Assembly (NCBI GenBank): GCA_029953675.1
Contig: JAMWBK010000001.1
Coordinates: forward strand, 2,108,001 to 2,172,000
Length of the DNA stretch: 64,000 bases
Source of the DNA: Rhodosorus marinus CCMP1338
Lineage: Eukaryota; Plantae; Rhodophyta
Direction of reading: 5' to 3'
The translations under genes and the position numbers were made by a program. Numbering within the stretch: position 1 is the stretch's first letter; each line of letters begins with the position of its first letter. Shown here piece after piece: positions 14,200 through 27,025 of this stretch. The notes under the pieces were generated by a model, which made no database searches, was not told the origin of the DNA, and was given only the letters and a program-made list of their open reading frames with translations.

Positions 14200-14710
14200 A
14201 GTCATAAACTCGTCCGATAATTTGTGTAACAGATATACACCTACCTAATAAATATAGCAATTTATAGTGTATCAATTGAAATTCGTACAAAAAACCTGTC
14301 CGATTGCGAGTCCGATACAATATCCAATATTCAATCAATGTCAACCACAAATCAATCATCTTCGATCATTCTATTGAATTATGACTATGTTTCGCAGGAA
14401 CAAAAAGTGTGATGGCCAAATATTGAATGATGCAAATTTTTGATTTGGACAAGCCATCCTACACAATGTAATGGTTTTTCAGAATTTTGGATGCTCCGCA
14501 AGAAGGAGATTGAAGTTCAATCAAGATTTGCTGGGTCAATTGGTCGTTATCGGACAGTTATCGGACGAATCCTTTTGTTTTAATTTCTAGTTCAGGTCTG
14601 ATTAACAATTATCGGACGCTAGCCAGACGGGAAAAGCTACTAATTATTACGCAAGTCAAGTCATACTAACTTATATCAGACTATTCGATCAATATCAGAC
14701 GCAATCGGAC
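14200..14710. promoter_or_regulatory. AT-rich upstream region with 10 copies of octamer WATCRGAC (candidate cis-element cluster or MITE subterminal repeats)
   Basis: GTCCGATW at 14212, 14298, 14310; GTCTGATT at 14596; TATCGGAC at 14548, 14559, 14610; TATCAGAC at 14674, 14693; AATCGGAC at 14703. Function is inferred only. Confidence 0.55.
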
Positions 14711-15352
14711 GTTTTTGTTTTGTCGGGCGGATATGTGACAAACCTAAAAACAACGACGTCGACCATCGTCGTGAAAATAATATCTCAAATAAAAAAAGAA
14801 GGGGCAGTTGCTCCCTAGTCCGTTTTGGTGCGTTTCGTTCTATAGCTGAGCACACTTTGGTTTGGCTTCGCTGAAACAGCATGGCGGCTTCATGGATAGA
14901 CAACGGCTTGATAACTCTCGGAACCACTGAGAGAGGCTAAAAAATTTGGTCAAGGGCCAGAATAGGCTACGTTCCCTATATTGTCTACGTTTTCCAACTC
15001 CGGTCACTAGCTCTTCAACGAAGAAGAAGTGAGGGGCAAACGGACGGATCGATGACGGACTCTACGATGGAGGTTGAGCTTTTGACACGGGGTTAGAAGC
15101 CGTACATTGCCTAGCCCGCCCATCCGGAGCTTCCCAATTATCCAGTTAACTAAGGTGGGTGCGAGGGGAACAGGAAACCAGCATGACACGACCGCAGAGC
15201 GCGGGTTTCCCAGAGAGAAAGCGGCAGTTGGGGAGACCACCAGCTTCCGGAGGAAGCAGTCAGCCAACCCGTTAGCACTCACATAAATTCATACATGGTA
15301 GCGGTATCGATAACATACGCAGGGGCCCTGTGGGGCACTACTCCAACTAGAG

Positions 15353-15490
15353 GTTGCTTCCGGGATCATGTACCACATACGCTATCGCTCCCCTGCACAT
15401 GACGAATTCGTAAGCACCAATTCTTCAATGATTCTTGCCATCAAGCTCCAGAAAAAGTACAAACAGGAGTTCCGTACTGGACCTACACGT
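15353..15490 (+). repeat. Decayed dispersed repeat, copy B (homologous to 12147-12300)
   Basis: TGCTTCCGGGATCATG...GAATTCGTAAGCACCAATTCTTCAATGA...GAGTTCCG; see copy A. Confidence 0.75.
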
Positions 15491-16902
15491 AGCCGGTTCT
15501 GATTCCGATGGTAAATGCTCGATTCGGGCCTGGAATTCGCAGGTGGTCTCCTGCCGTGCCAAATCTACAGAAAAACGGAAAGCATGTCAAATCAAGTTCA
15601 GTCAATACTAGCTGAAATCAATCAATATTTCGAGGATAATTCTCTTTTTTGCTCGTTTCTTGAGGACATGCTGGTAGCCGTGGTGAAGGTTTGGAGCTAC
15701 TAGCAGGAGACAAATACCACTTTTCTCTGGCTGAAGAATCGAAACGTTATTTTGGAAAGTGCTTTGTCTGGGGTGAAACCTCAGCTTGCGTGAGCCCACG
15801 GTACCTATGACACGGCCTGTATCATGCCTTGCAGTTCAGATCATTGCCCAGTTAGCCATGTGGATGAACCCACCATTTTCCAGCGATACTAACTGAGAGC
15901 TCAGGGTAGGTTGACTCTGATTACATGCATCTGCGGAAGACCGTTCCATGCAGCAGAGAAGCAAGTGGCCTTTCCCTGTTTTAGAGGTTGCTGGCTGACG
16001 CTGTTGGAGTCGGTTTCCACGTTTTACCGAGTCTGCCGCTTTCTATTGTTTCAAAACAGATCGATTGGACAGGTGGACAAGTTATAGCACAGAAATTAAG
16101 TGCCCGAACTACCCCAAACAGCGAGGCCTGCTAAGCCAGAGTGCGACTACTTGGGTACAGCTACTTGTCTCTGGTCTTGCTCATTTCTTGATTTGAGCAG
16201 TCTTTCACGGCTCTTTTTGTTTCCTTCGGCCCGTTCGTGACTCCTTTTGGTCCCTCCAAGGACCTTTATATCACGTTTCTGGTCTAGGAGCTCTCTTGAG
16301 CGCTGGACCCTAGCTTCTTCCACAAGGGGAATATAGCTCTCCGAATTTCATCTTTCGCAACAGATAGATCAGTTCATCAGATGTTAGGGTCCCCGAATGA
16401 GGTACACTAGGAAGGGCGTAAAGAATGCATCTCCAGAACTAGGAACCAAGACCACAACAGCAAACCACTAGTTTGCGGCTGTGTTGTTGCGCTGATGTGA
16501 TGTTCGGAGTTGGAAATGTTCGCTGTTTGCCACCAGCTGATGGCAAATTTTCGTTGTTGATTCTTCTCATCTACAGTTTGATGTGGGTTGAAGGTGCTGT
16601 TCCGGGCTCTGAACGAAGCAACCCGTTCGACGCGGGCATTCTGACTGTCTGAAAAATGGTTAGGTGGTCCTTGCTAGAATGGTTTGGAGGAAAAGAAAGT
16701 AGACTTTTCCAAATGGTTCTACCGCTTTGCGTTTTCTTTTCTTCTGGTTTCATCCTTTATTATGATATAAAGAAACCGTCAAGTTTCTTGCGTGGGTTCG
16801 TAAGGCTGTGTTTTTGCTGAAAGGAGCACGGTTTCCATCCCTCGGGTAACAACACAAAGCATTCTAAAACGGACATCCAGCCAGAAAAACAAACTCTGAC
16901 AT

Positions 16903-16926
16903 ACACACACACACACACACACACAC
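16903..16926 (+). repeat. (AC)12 microsatellite
   Basis: Directly visible. Confidence 0.95.
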
Positions 16927-17144
16927 GAAAGCCTTGCCTTCGCTTAATCTTTCCAACTTCTACAGCTCTGCGATGACTTTTCGGACGTCCGGCCAAAGCT
17001 TGGGGAAGCAACTCACCACAAAAATCGAAGGCTCAAAGGCGCCTCAAGAAGAGCGCATTCTGACTGTGAGCTTTCAGGCATGGAAAAGGACTACGTCAGC
17101 TTCATAGAATAAACGTATCCCGAACTAAAGCAATGGTTGCCAGG

Positions 17145-18114
17145 TCACGACTTGTGGAAGTGGCTGTCCGGTGCAATTGAGCTCGTGAGCCCATGCTTTT
17201 GCAATCCTCTGCAGTAGTCTTCAGCAAGCTCCTAATGGAAACGAGAACAAACCAAACGGGGTGAGATTCACTTCTAAGACATCACAGATTGCGATAACGA
17301 ATTCGAGTGCTCTTCATCCACACCTTCCATGTTACTGTGACAGTTGATACTCCAGAACTGTGCGCCTGCATGGTAATCCGAAAGGCCTTCTTCCTCGAGA
17401 TCGTCTTTACAACTTCGGTAATCGTATGTGTTACATAGTCAAATGTATGGACGTTGTCATTGTGAAGAAGCACTCGCCACTCCTTTTCCTTCTCCGTCTC
17501 ATCCTCCCTGCCGAGTTTTCTCTTCTTTTTTACTTCTGGATCTCTAACCTTCGTAGCCACTCCTCCTCTGCCCTCGTCCTTTTGGAATTCGGGACCTCGA
17601 GGACCTTTAATACTCGGCGATTTCCTGGTCGCAAACGAGCGCGTAAAACGTTTAGCTCAGTAGAACAAACCACTCCGGGCGTCTAATCCCTTCAAAATTT
17701 ACCTCCCAATATCTTGCATCGTAAAGTGCATCATCGCCGCGGTAACATTTGAGACAGAGGCTTTTCGTTGCTCACATGTAGCGCTGCGCGTTCTCGGACC
17801 GGCGCTCATCGACGCGCATCCGACGCTGTTCGCAAATGCGTAATCCTGCAAAGCACGACAACATTTAGAAAACATCCCAATTTGCCCAGTAGCACAAAAA
17901 AACAAGATAATAGCTACAAGAATCCACGGCTACTCCACAGACTTTCCTCACATAACTCGAAATCGAAAATCTTGAATCAGCGGTCATCTTCAAGTAGATT
18001 CCGAACAAAAACCCGTCCCAATCACCAAGCCCAATTTAAACAATAAGAAACAGAAAAACACCCGATATCGACGAGCACCGCTTTATCGATATTCCAGATC
18101 GCAATACATACCAT
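17145..18114 (-). CDS. clpS: ClpS N-degron adaptor, putative plastid-targeted
   Basis: join(18114..18112,17845..17703,17624..17324,17231..17145) = 534 nt in frame. Core WRVLLHNDNVHTFDYV...TMQAHSSG...ELAEDYCRGLQKHGLTSSIAPD. First exon is the ATG only, followed by GTATGT. Confidence 0.9.
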
Positions 18115-20332
18115 GGCTTCCCAACCAGTTCCAAAACAAAAAATAAGAGAAGAGCGCTTCCGATCAAAACAAGCTCGCTCGCCCTACTTCAGGTCCGCCT
18201 CCACACGCGCCTCGACGAGACAGAAACAGAAGCAAAAAGCCCCTGCCCCCGCCCAACCAAAAAAAAACAAAACCAAAAAATACTCCACCAAAACACTCTC
18301 TCCTCTCAATAAATTCGCGTCCTCTTCAATCTCCTATCTTTTCTATTCCTCCCTCAAAAACCCATCCCCAATCCCCGTCCCCCTCCCCCTGCCCTCCCCC
18401 ACCCACCTCCACAATACCTCACCTTTTACCAAACCAGAGATTATCTTAGCAACGTCTTCCTCCAATGGAATTGTTCATCCCCATCTAACAAAGCACCAAA
18501 ACCCCAACCCACCATCCCCCCGACAATCTCCTTCGTCGACGATTTCCCTTTACTGCGCTCTCCAACCCCCCCTTCAGCCATTCCCCTCAATCGAGAATGG
18601 TGAATCACAATCTCTAAACCCCCCCAAAATAGTTGTTGAAAAAAACCACAACTCCTTTTTCGGTTAAAAAAATTGGTTGGCCATGAGCACGAGAAGGTAA
18701 TCTTCCAATACACCCCCTACATTTCATCCCGGTCGGTGCAATTTCAACCACCAAGAAAAATGTACTCAAAAGTTTCTAAAAAGAGCTCAGTGTCATATAA
18801 ACACAAATGGGTTCATGAAAAAAAAAGGTTAATCGTCACCTGTATAAGAGCTTGATATATGGTATTTTGATGTTTTTAGAATATAATTGAAGGTGAACAC
18901 TATAATGTAGTTTTATTGTTTATTGTTTCTGTAAGTGATACTATATGGTTTTCCCGGGACCCTCCAAATTTGAAAACAAATTAAGTCGACGGCGCGGGGG
19001 AGGGGGGGGGGGTTGATGCTGGAGTAATTGATTTGCTGTACTAATAAAATGGATGAAGAATAAAAAATGCTGTTTATTTATTTCATTAATATGATTATTA
19101 TAGTGTATTTTACGGTGAAAATGTGTGAGAAACGTCAATGGTTTGACGTGAGTATGGTTTCAATCCGTTGCAGGATTCTTAGGAGGGGTTATCAAAAGGC
19201 ACTAGGATGGCAAAATGTCTTAAAATGAATACAATATTATCCCTCCCGGTCCCAATGGTCGCTAAATAGCAAGGGCTTGGTAAATACATTCCATATGTCA
19301 CTGGATGACCCGAAAAAGGCGGATAGTACAGAGATCCGGAAAAAAAAACCTCAAGAAACCTCAGAAGGAAGAAAAAAAAACAAAAACTTGCTCGATTCCC
19401 TTTGTGTCAGATACCTTCTCTGTACTAAAAATGAAATAATTTCAGACCTCATTTAGATCTGATTGTTTCTTAATTAGTGCACCCTTGAAAACTCCATTTT
19501 ATTTTAATACAAAAGTGAGCATGTCCTTAAATATAGAACTATTCGGTAAGATTTAGTATGATTAACTGTTTTAGGTGGACCTCTTGTCCCTCGCGTTTGG
19601 ATCCTCTTCAAAATTTCCAAAAAAGGTTGTTTTCTGTAATCGACGTTTTTCAGAGCTGTACTTGATGCACAAGGAGATTGCAGCAGATATTCCCGCCAAA
19701 TTTTGGAAAATTAGGCAATCATTTCATCATTAAATGATTGACTTCAATCTTTTTCTAAGGGATCGACGTCGGGTTTTGAGGGGGACGGGGGGGGTTACGT
19801 CATCCAGATTCTATAACCAGAGGAGGCCTTTTACAAACTTCCAAGGGGGCTGTGGCACATCTGTATGTTCTGCTTGTCCTCGATGTGTTCGGATTCTTGG
19901 AAAAGCTCTGAAGCGGCTTGGCTTCGTGACCTGTTTTCGCGATTGTGATGACCCGCGTTCGTGGCTTTTTCTTTTTCGCTCTTCCGTGAGTTTGGCGTAG
20001 ATCGCGTTGTAGCAAGTCGCCTTTAGTATTGGAGGCGAGCTCCCTCTGCTTAGCACCAGTCCACTCGTCATAATATTCGTCATAGCGTTGTTAGTCGGGT
20101 GGAGTGGTGGTGGTGTTTGAATCAGGGATTCCTTTTCAACCAGTCAGCTATGTCTGTCTTGCAGACTTGCTGGAGCTTGTTTGCACCAAAGCTTGCCCTC
20201 TCACTCTCATTTTCGGTATGTAGATTTGCTTCCAATGTCATCAAAGTTCTATGGAACGAAGCGATAACTCAAGGCCCACATCGTCCGAAAGTGAGCACCT
20301 CGTGTCCTGAGGATTTCGGATGCAAAATATTT

Positions 20333-22121
20333 TTACATGTTCTCCACGCTCCACTGGTAGGACATCTGCTCTTTCTCTATCCTGCTGCCTTCTGCATTAA
20401 TGAGCTTGTTCTCAAACCCATTGCTTCGATCTCTGCCATCCCAGCGAGGTCCAGGGGCAATATTGAACCGATTCGGAGGGGCTGCGAACTTGCTTCGAGA
20501 GCTGCCTGACGAAGCGGTCTTGACCAAGTTCGCCATAGGATCTCCCCATCTCAGTCTCTCCGATTCTGGAACTGTGGCAACACCCCACGTCGGTAGACTG
20601 CCACTACCACTACGCTGGTTCCCTCCGGCAGCAGCCGCTAGTGAGGAATTCTTCGAGGACAGTTCTGACGCAGGAACTATTATGGGGTCAGATTCTTGCA
20701 CCCCTTCCAGCCCTCCTTCGCCCAGAATCCTCTCTTCGCCATCGATAAGGACCCGCCGCCCTATGAATGTATTGATTTCGGGTTTTCAGGATGCAACAAA
20801 TAGTCACGAGCCAACCACAAGATGAGGTTCAGATCATATCCCTGCGCGTTTGATGCAGATCTTACCTTCGTCTCTACTTGGCGCACTCTTCCCTAGCGAA
20901 CCATCTGCCTTGTCAATCTTTTTACCTGGAGTGAGCAATTTACAATAGTCAGTGACGGTATAGGACAGGAGCGTTTGGGATCGATTAGTGAAAAGGCTGA
21001 ATACCAGTGTGATCTCTATATACAGTTTTGGCTCCCCTGCCGATATCATCCGCTAGAGCGGTGGCGAGCATTCTCTCACGTTCCTCCTTTAGAGCTCGCG
21101 ATTGCTTCGTGAGATCTTCACCCTTGACCAATCCTGCGGATAGTCCGGAGGACATCATTTTCGCTTCCGCTCGCTTGCTGGTATCCTTTGGCCCTCGCGG
21201 AGGTGACGCACCATCTTCTGGCCGTCTTCGTCTCGGCGCAGAGGCAGCTTCTTCCCGGCGTCTCCTCCTCGGTGGTGATGCGTCTTCTTCCCGAGGTCTC
21301 CTTCGTCGGGGCGGCGCGTCTTCGTCGGGCCGTCTTCGTCTCGGCGGAGAGGCATCTTCTTCCAGGCGTTTCCTCCTCGGTGGTGACGTGTCTTCTTCCC
21401 GAGGTCTCCTTCGAGGGGGTGACGCGTCCTCGTCTGGACCTCCTCGGGTCGGCGGAGAGACGTCTTCTTGACCATCTTTTTCGCGTCGTCTCCTCCTCGG
21501 TGGTGATGCATCTTCTCCCTGAGGTCCCCTCAGAGGAGGTGACGCGTCTTCGACTGGGCCTCCTCGTCTCGGCGGAGAGATGTTTTCGTCGCCATCTTCT
21601 TCCCGGCGTCTCCTCCTGCGTGGAGATGCGTCTTCCATACGAGGTCCGCTTCGAGGAGGTGATCCGTCTTCGTCTCGCCCCCCTCGTCGCGGCGGAGATG
21701 CATCGTCTTCACGAGGTCTCCTCCTCGGTGGTGAGGCAACTTCTTCTCGAGGTCTCCTCCGCGGAGACGCATCTTCTTCTCGGCGCCTCCTCTGTGCTAA
21801 AACATCCTCCTCAGAAGGTAATCTCTTCGGATGAGAATCGCCTGGGTCCGATTTCACTCGCAATTCATCATTCTGAACCCAAGAACCAGCAAAGGACCTC
21901 TTACTTGCCGCACGCTCTCTTCTCGTCTCCTCAGGAACCTCCACGACCACTGCTGGTAGATCCTCTCCATTGTGATCACCATCTTTCCAGATCCCAACAC
22001 GCACCACATCCTCATCGTCGAGAACCTGTAGGTTACCCTCTCTCTTCTTCTTCCTCTTCTTCTTCTTCTCCCTCCCTTTTGCTGACGCATCGCCATAGTT
22101 CTTCTTCAAATACTCATCCAT
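20333..22121 (-). CDS. BUD13: Pre-mRNA splicing factor BUD13 (RES complex)
   Basis: N-terminus MDEYLKKNYG; GLSAGL and GRGAKTVYRD; C-terminal GDPMA...PPNRFNIAPGPRWDGRDRSNGFE...YQWSVENM*; three exons. Confidence 0.95.
21190..21800 (-). repeat. Coding degenerate tandem repeat (~36-39 nt, ~16 units of E-D-A-S-P-P-R-R-R) inside BUD13
   Basis: Repeated GATGCGTCTCCTCCTCGTCGG-type units; it also explains the long antisense ORF 21188..22213. Confidence 0.9.
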
Positions 22122-22507
22122 CTCTCAAGATCCAAACACGTCATCACCACATTCTTCCCTCGAAAAACCGACCAAGTCCTTGGAACCCCCGAAACGCCTC
22201 CCGCTGTCGATGAAGCGCTGTTGGCAAAACACTCGTCCCTTTAGCTGACGAAGAAGAAACAAAGACGCGTTTCCCCAACGAAAAAAGAAATTCCTGCAAA
22301 AGGCACCCCTCAAAAAAAGCCTTCATAATCGAGTAAAAAACCCAGCTTTTGAGCTGGACAGCAAGAAATGACCGTATGAAATGGGAGTGAAATCGAAGAA
22401 ATAGAAATCGTCTATTTTGAAAGTGGGAAGGAGTTTCTAGGAATTGGGGCGGGAGGAGACAGCTTGGATCTTCTGGTAAAGGACGCGCGTGGGTTTCGTT
22501 TCTTCTC

Positions 22508-25021
22508 ATGATGGAAACTGGAACTGAGGTTGCTCTGAGAAGCGCCGTAAGCTCTTCGTTGCAGTCTTATCTGCCTGAGAATGCCGTACGTGGTTCCGTC
22601 AGCAAACGATCGGGGCTTTTGGGTTTTTCTCTTATGCGATCCTTGTCTGTGTCTTGTGGTACGTTGATAGGTGTTCATGGCAGAGAGGCTCTGCGCCGTT
22701 CGATGTAGTTCAGCGAACAGGCGGCTCCTTGCTGAGAGCTATCTGAGATGTGGGAAGCCAGTACAGGCCAAGTCGACGCTGGAGGATGCGAATGATCCGG
22801 AGAGTAGGTATCTGTACTCTGTCGCATGTGTTGATCTGAACCTCTTACGTGAGGCGGAAGTGGCTCTTCGGCCCCAGAACCTCAAAGACTATGGTTCTTG
22901 CAACGACGTTAGAGGTAAAGAAATGAAGAATTGGCATAAGGAAATAGTCGCCTTGCTTTAATTCCTCTCAAAAAAACCGCTTCATCCCTTATTTGCGCGT
23001 TGATCACGTAGTGGAGGACTTCCCTGGAGGATCGTCGGGCGTGTACCTCCTTGGCAAAGTTCTTCACCGTTCTGGACGGAAAGAAGCCGCCGTTGCCATG
23101 TACAAAAGAGCTCTGAAAGCGAATCCATTCCTATGGGTAAGGCGCATGATCCAAAAAAGCGATTTAGGTGCGTTTGACGGGTGCAGTCAAGGAGTTCTCA
23201 TTTGGACTCTGTCGATGTTTCGCTTCTTTTCAGGTAGCGTACGAAGGTCTGCTCTTCTTCGGAGAAACCTCCGAAGACCTTCTTCCAGAGAACCTAAGCG
23301 ATGAGGACGCGCTAGCGAAACTAGAGCGACAGCGACCACGTTCTGTGATTCCATCCTCAGAAGTGTTCAACAATACTAAACCGCAACCCACGTCATCAAT
23401 GCCCACGGATAGAGCGGATAAGCCGCCTCTGGATGAAGGCTTCATGACACCAACTGGACCATTGCGGAGCTTGTCGCTACCCAGAAGGGTGCCAAGGACG
23501 TCGTTCCCAGGTGAAACTGGTGGCGTTTCGCTCGGCTCAAATCCATCCGCAAAGCTCTCCATGGATTCCCAGAGCATGGAGTTGGACAGCCCCATTCAAC
23601 TTGCCGAGGGTGCCTCGGATTCGTGCATGGGTCTCCTTCGTCATATAGGAAGAGGAAGTGCAGCTTTTGCGGATTTGAAGTAAGGCCCAGATTTATTTTT
23701 TTTCCAGTTGCGCCCTCACGTACTCGAAAGCCTAAGAGGGCTTTGCGACTCTCTCTCTCTCTCTCTCTCTCTTGGTTTGTACGCAGATGTGGAGATGCCG
23801 TCGCTATTCTTTCCAGTCTTCCTCCAGAGCACAAGAACACAGGACTGATCCTCTCCTTGATCGGAAGAGCCTACATGGAGATTGGGGATTACCACAACGC
23901 GGATGAAACCTTCAAGCACGCGAGAAGCGTGGATCCCACTCGTATGGACGGCTTGGTGGAGTACTACTCGACGGTGCTGTGGCACCAGAAGAAGGAGTTT
24001 GAGCTTGCTAACCTGGCGAGGAAGGCCGTCGAGACGGATCGCTTCAGTGCTGCAACGTGGTGCGCGGCTGGAAACTGCTTTTCTCTGCAGAGGGATCCCA
24101 ACAACGCCCTGAAGTTCTTCAAGAGAGCGGTCCAGGTAGACCCTTGGGCTGCGTACTCGCACACGCTAATCGGCCATGAGTACATAGTCAAGGAAGACCT
24201 GGACTCTGCAAAAGCGTCCTACAGAGACGCACTGGCGATCGATTCTAGGCACTACAACGTACGTTGACGTCTTCAGTTTCCGCTGGTCACATATTTGTAT
24301 GCGGAGGAAGACCACGGCAATTTGATGGGCTGTTTTTGGTGTTCTTTGGATTGTCCGCAGGCATGGTACGGAGTCGGGCACGTTTTCCAGAAGCAGGAGA
24401 ACTACGATATGGCTGAGCAATACTACCGAGAAGCCATAAGATTGCACCCCAATCGAGCGACGCTATGGTATCACCTAGGCTGTGTTCTCTTCGCGTCCGG
24501 AAAACATCGAGAAGCTGAAAAAGCCCTTGACAGGTCGATTGAACTCAGCCCAAGCAACCCAGTGGCCAAGTTCGAAAGAGCTAAGGTGACCTACTCTCGT
24601 GGAAGAGCGGCTCGGTAACATTCTCCACAGCGAATACGATTCTAATCGCTTGTCTTTTCCTTCGTCCAGATGTACGCTTCAAGTGGTGAATACGGGACAG
24701 CCGTCGAAGAACTCCAGACTCTATGTGAAACGCTTCCAAGGGTAAGTTCTGACCATGTCCAGACAATCTCCATCATTACGGGACAAGCTTCTGGTGCACT
24801 GCACTCGTATTGACGCCTGTTTCTCCTCCACGTTTGTCACAAAATGGATACTTTAGGAAGCGGCTGTTCACTACGAGCTAGGGAGAATATACAAGAAGAT
24901 GGGCGAGACGGGTAAGGCCCTGCAAAATTTTGCGAAGTCCGTCGACCTGGACCCCAAGGCCCGCGCTTACAAGAAGGCTCTCGAGTCTTTGGATACGATT
25001 AGCGACGACGGTGACGAATGA
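22508..25021 (+). CDS. CDC27: Anaphase-promoting complex subunit CDC27/APC3 (TPR protein)
   Basis: Multi-exon. ENA|VFMAERL, YKRALKANPFLW|VAYEGL, YYSTVLWHQKKEFELANLA, TWCAAGNCFSLQRD, YSHTLIGHEY, RHYN|AWYGVG; last exon ends LDTISDDGDE* at 25021. Head-to-head with BUD13 (386 bp gap). Confidence 0.93.
23749..23772 (+). repeat. (CT)12 microsatellite in a CDC27 intron
   Basis: Directly visible. Confidence 0.95.
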
Positions 25022-25198
25022 CGTCCTCATGGCGCCTAGAGGTGTATTTATAAAAATGTGAAGTTACGCTCAAGTGTGGCGAACCAGCTTCGTAGTTTCC
25101 TCTGTACAAGCGTGCTTGAGCTTTTCTAGGAGTTCGTTCTCCGGTGGCTGGAAAAGATCGGCCACCTATCCAGCCGTGTTGTCCGAGGCCGGGGTTCC

Positions 25199-26157
25199 TT
25201 ACTCCCGGAGAGATGTGTTTCTGTCCAAAAACTTTTCATCCCATTGTCTCAAATCCGTCTTTACGCGATCGGAAAATTCCTCTTCTTCGGACGGCCCCAG
25301 TGCCATCTGCTCCCGTTCATACTCAGTGAGAATATCACGATTCCTTCGGGGGTTTGGGCGATCAGTACTCCCTGCCGGTTGTGTCGAATCGGAGGAAGAA
25401 TCCTGCGTCGGTAGCTCCAAGGAGGCTCCAGGGTCTACTCCGTAGAGCACTCCTAGAGTCACTGCGAACATGACCAGACCAAAGACAAAGTCTCCTAGAG
25501 GTTCAAATGAGCAATCTTTCGTGAGACATTCACGTGCTAACCGTTCCCCCCAATGCAACAAGCGGAAGACTTGCATACCAGACTCCACCTTTGACCCAAC
25601 GGCTGAAGATATGTTTATCCGGAGGAGCTCAATCAGCAGGGAAGTAACGCTCGCAGCCACCGCCGCGAGGAACGCTGGTGCGTCAACAATCGTAGAAAGG
25701 GACAAAAAGAACAGAAACGCGAGCGAAAGCCCGCCGCCTCCACAAAAAGCTGCCAATCCTGCTGCAACCAAGTACCCACTCTTAACAGTACGCCTCTCAA
25801 CGACTAAGCACGAAAAATCGAAAACACAAAAAGCAAAAGCAGAAGCGCATTCAAAAACAACCCTTCTCTTCCACCCAAAAACGGATCCAGGAGGGTGCGA
25901 CAATCGGCGCGCCGTGAAAAAAAAAAAACAAACCAAAACCAAATTGCTTCCTCACCCAACGGAATCTCAACTTCTGAAAGCATCGCCTTCTCTACCCATC
26001 CCCTCAGATTGTTACCTCCCCCGCTACCACCCCTCTGCTGCATCCGAACTCTTCCATGTCCCACTTTGCATGCGGCGCTCGCCCTCCTTAACCTCCCAAA
26101 ATTGCCTGTTCCATTTACAAATGCAGTCACTCCCCTAAACCCGTCCGTAGTAGACAT
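25199..26157 (-). CDS. Hypothetical membrane protein with putative plastid transit peptide
   Basis: Exon 1 MSTTDGFRGVTAFVNG...RVRMQQ...EVEIPL; exon 2 has about three hydrophobic helices and an acidic tail ending DLRQWDEKFLDRN. C-rich plus-strand leader upstream. The 3' end may splice further (to ~25071). No family recognised. Confidence 0.65.
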
Positions 26158-27025
26158 CTTTCCTGTCATCTGAGGAACTTCACTACTACATTCTACTCCT
26201 GCAAGACTACCACTCTCTCTCATCCTCATCACCAGTCTCATCCCATTCACATCCACAGCGTGCCCTAGAAAACGATAAAACACAGTCAAGTGTCATTGTA
26301 CTATTCAATCAATTATTGACTTTTGCACGATTTCTGATCTTAAGAGGACTATTCAATCTCTATAATAGACTGAATATTTGAGACACTTAAGCTATATATC
26401 TATGACTTGAAGGAGTAGGGATAGGACAGTCTGTCCAAAATTCTGCTTACGGTTTGGTGATTCGTAATGACCAATGATAAGTGATAGAGCACAATTTCTG
26501 TCGAATAAAACGAATTAAGAGATGGGCCATATCCAATGATAAGGATTTATTTTCGTAAGGTTTCGAGGGTTTTGATAGCTCGATGTAGAGTCTCTAGTCG
26601 GGAAGCAAGTCTGTCTTCAGGACGCGAGTTGAGCAGACGCGTGTGTTCATGTGCATGATGAATATCACATTCCAGACGCCAAGCCTGAAATCCTCCCCTC
26701 GCCCTGCGCCCTCTGACGTTTTTGTTCTGCGGAAATGTGTTTGTTCAAGTGTTACAAATCCTGAGACTTGTCGAAACGAAGAATTTCCTATCCAGAACGC
26801 ACGCGTCTGCTCGATGCGCTCGTGAGGTTTGCCAGAAGTAGAGAGACGACCATTTCGAAAAGGGAGAATGAAAAAATCGAATAGCTCTCTTTTGCTTCGC
26901 TGGAAGCGTTTTCTGATTTGTAGAATCCGAATCCTGGTGAACGACGCCTCGCCGATGCTTGAAAAGACGCCCTCGAAACAGAGTCCACAACTTTCGAGCT
27001 AACAACAGTTTGCAGGAAATAAAAC

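Noticed and set aside
17650-17665. TAGCTCAG tRNA D-arm-like motif
   Set aside because: No T-arm or cloverleaf; it lies in a ClpS intron.
18113-18713. 184-aa P/K/S-rich ORF and antisense partner
   Set aside because: Translation of the C/A-rich ClpS leader; same for 42180..42983, 13717..14136 and 10725..11057.
21188-22213. 341-aa plus-strand ORF and other overlapping ORFs
   Set aside because: Antisense shadows of the BUD13 repeat region.
26640-26760. Minus-strand FRLGVWNV resembling an EEP endonuclease start
   Set aside because: A single short motif with no downstream EEP residues.
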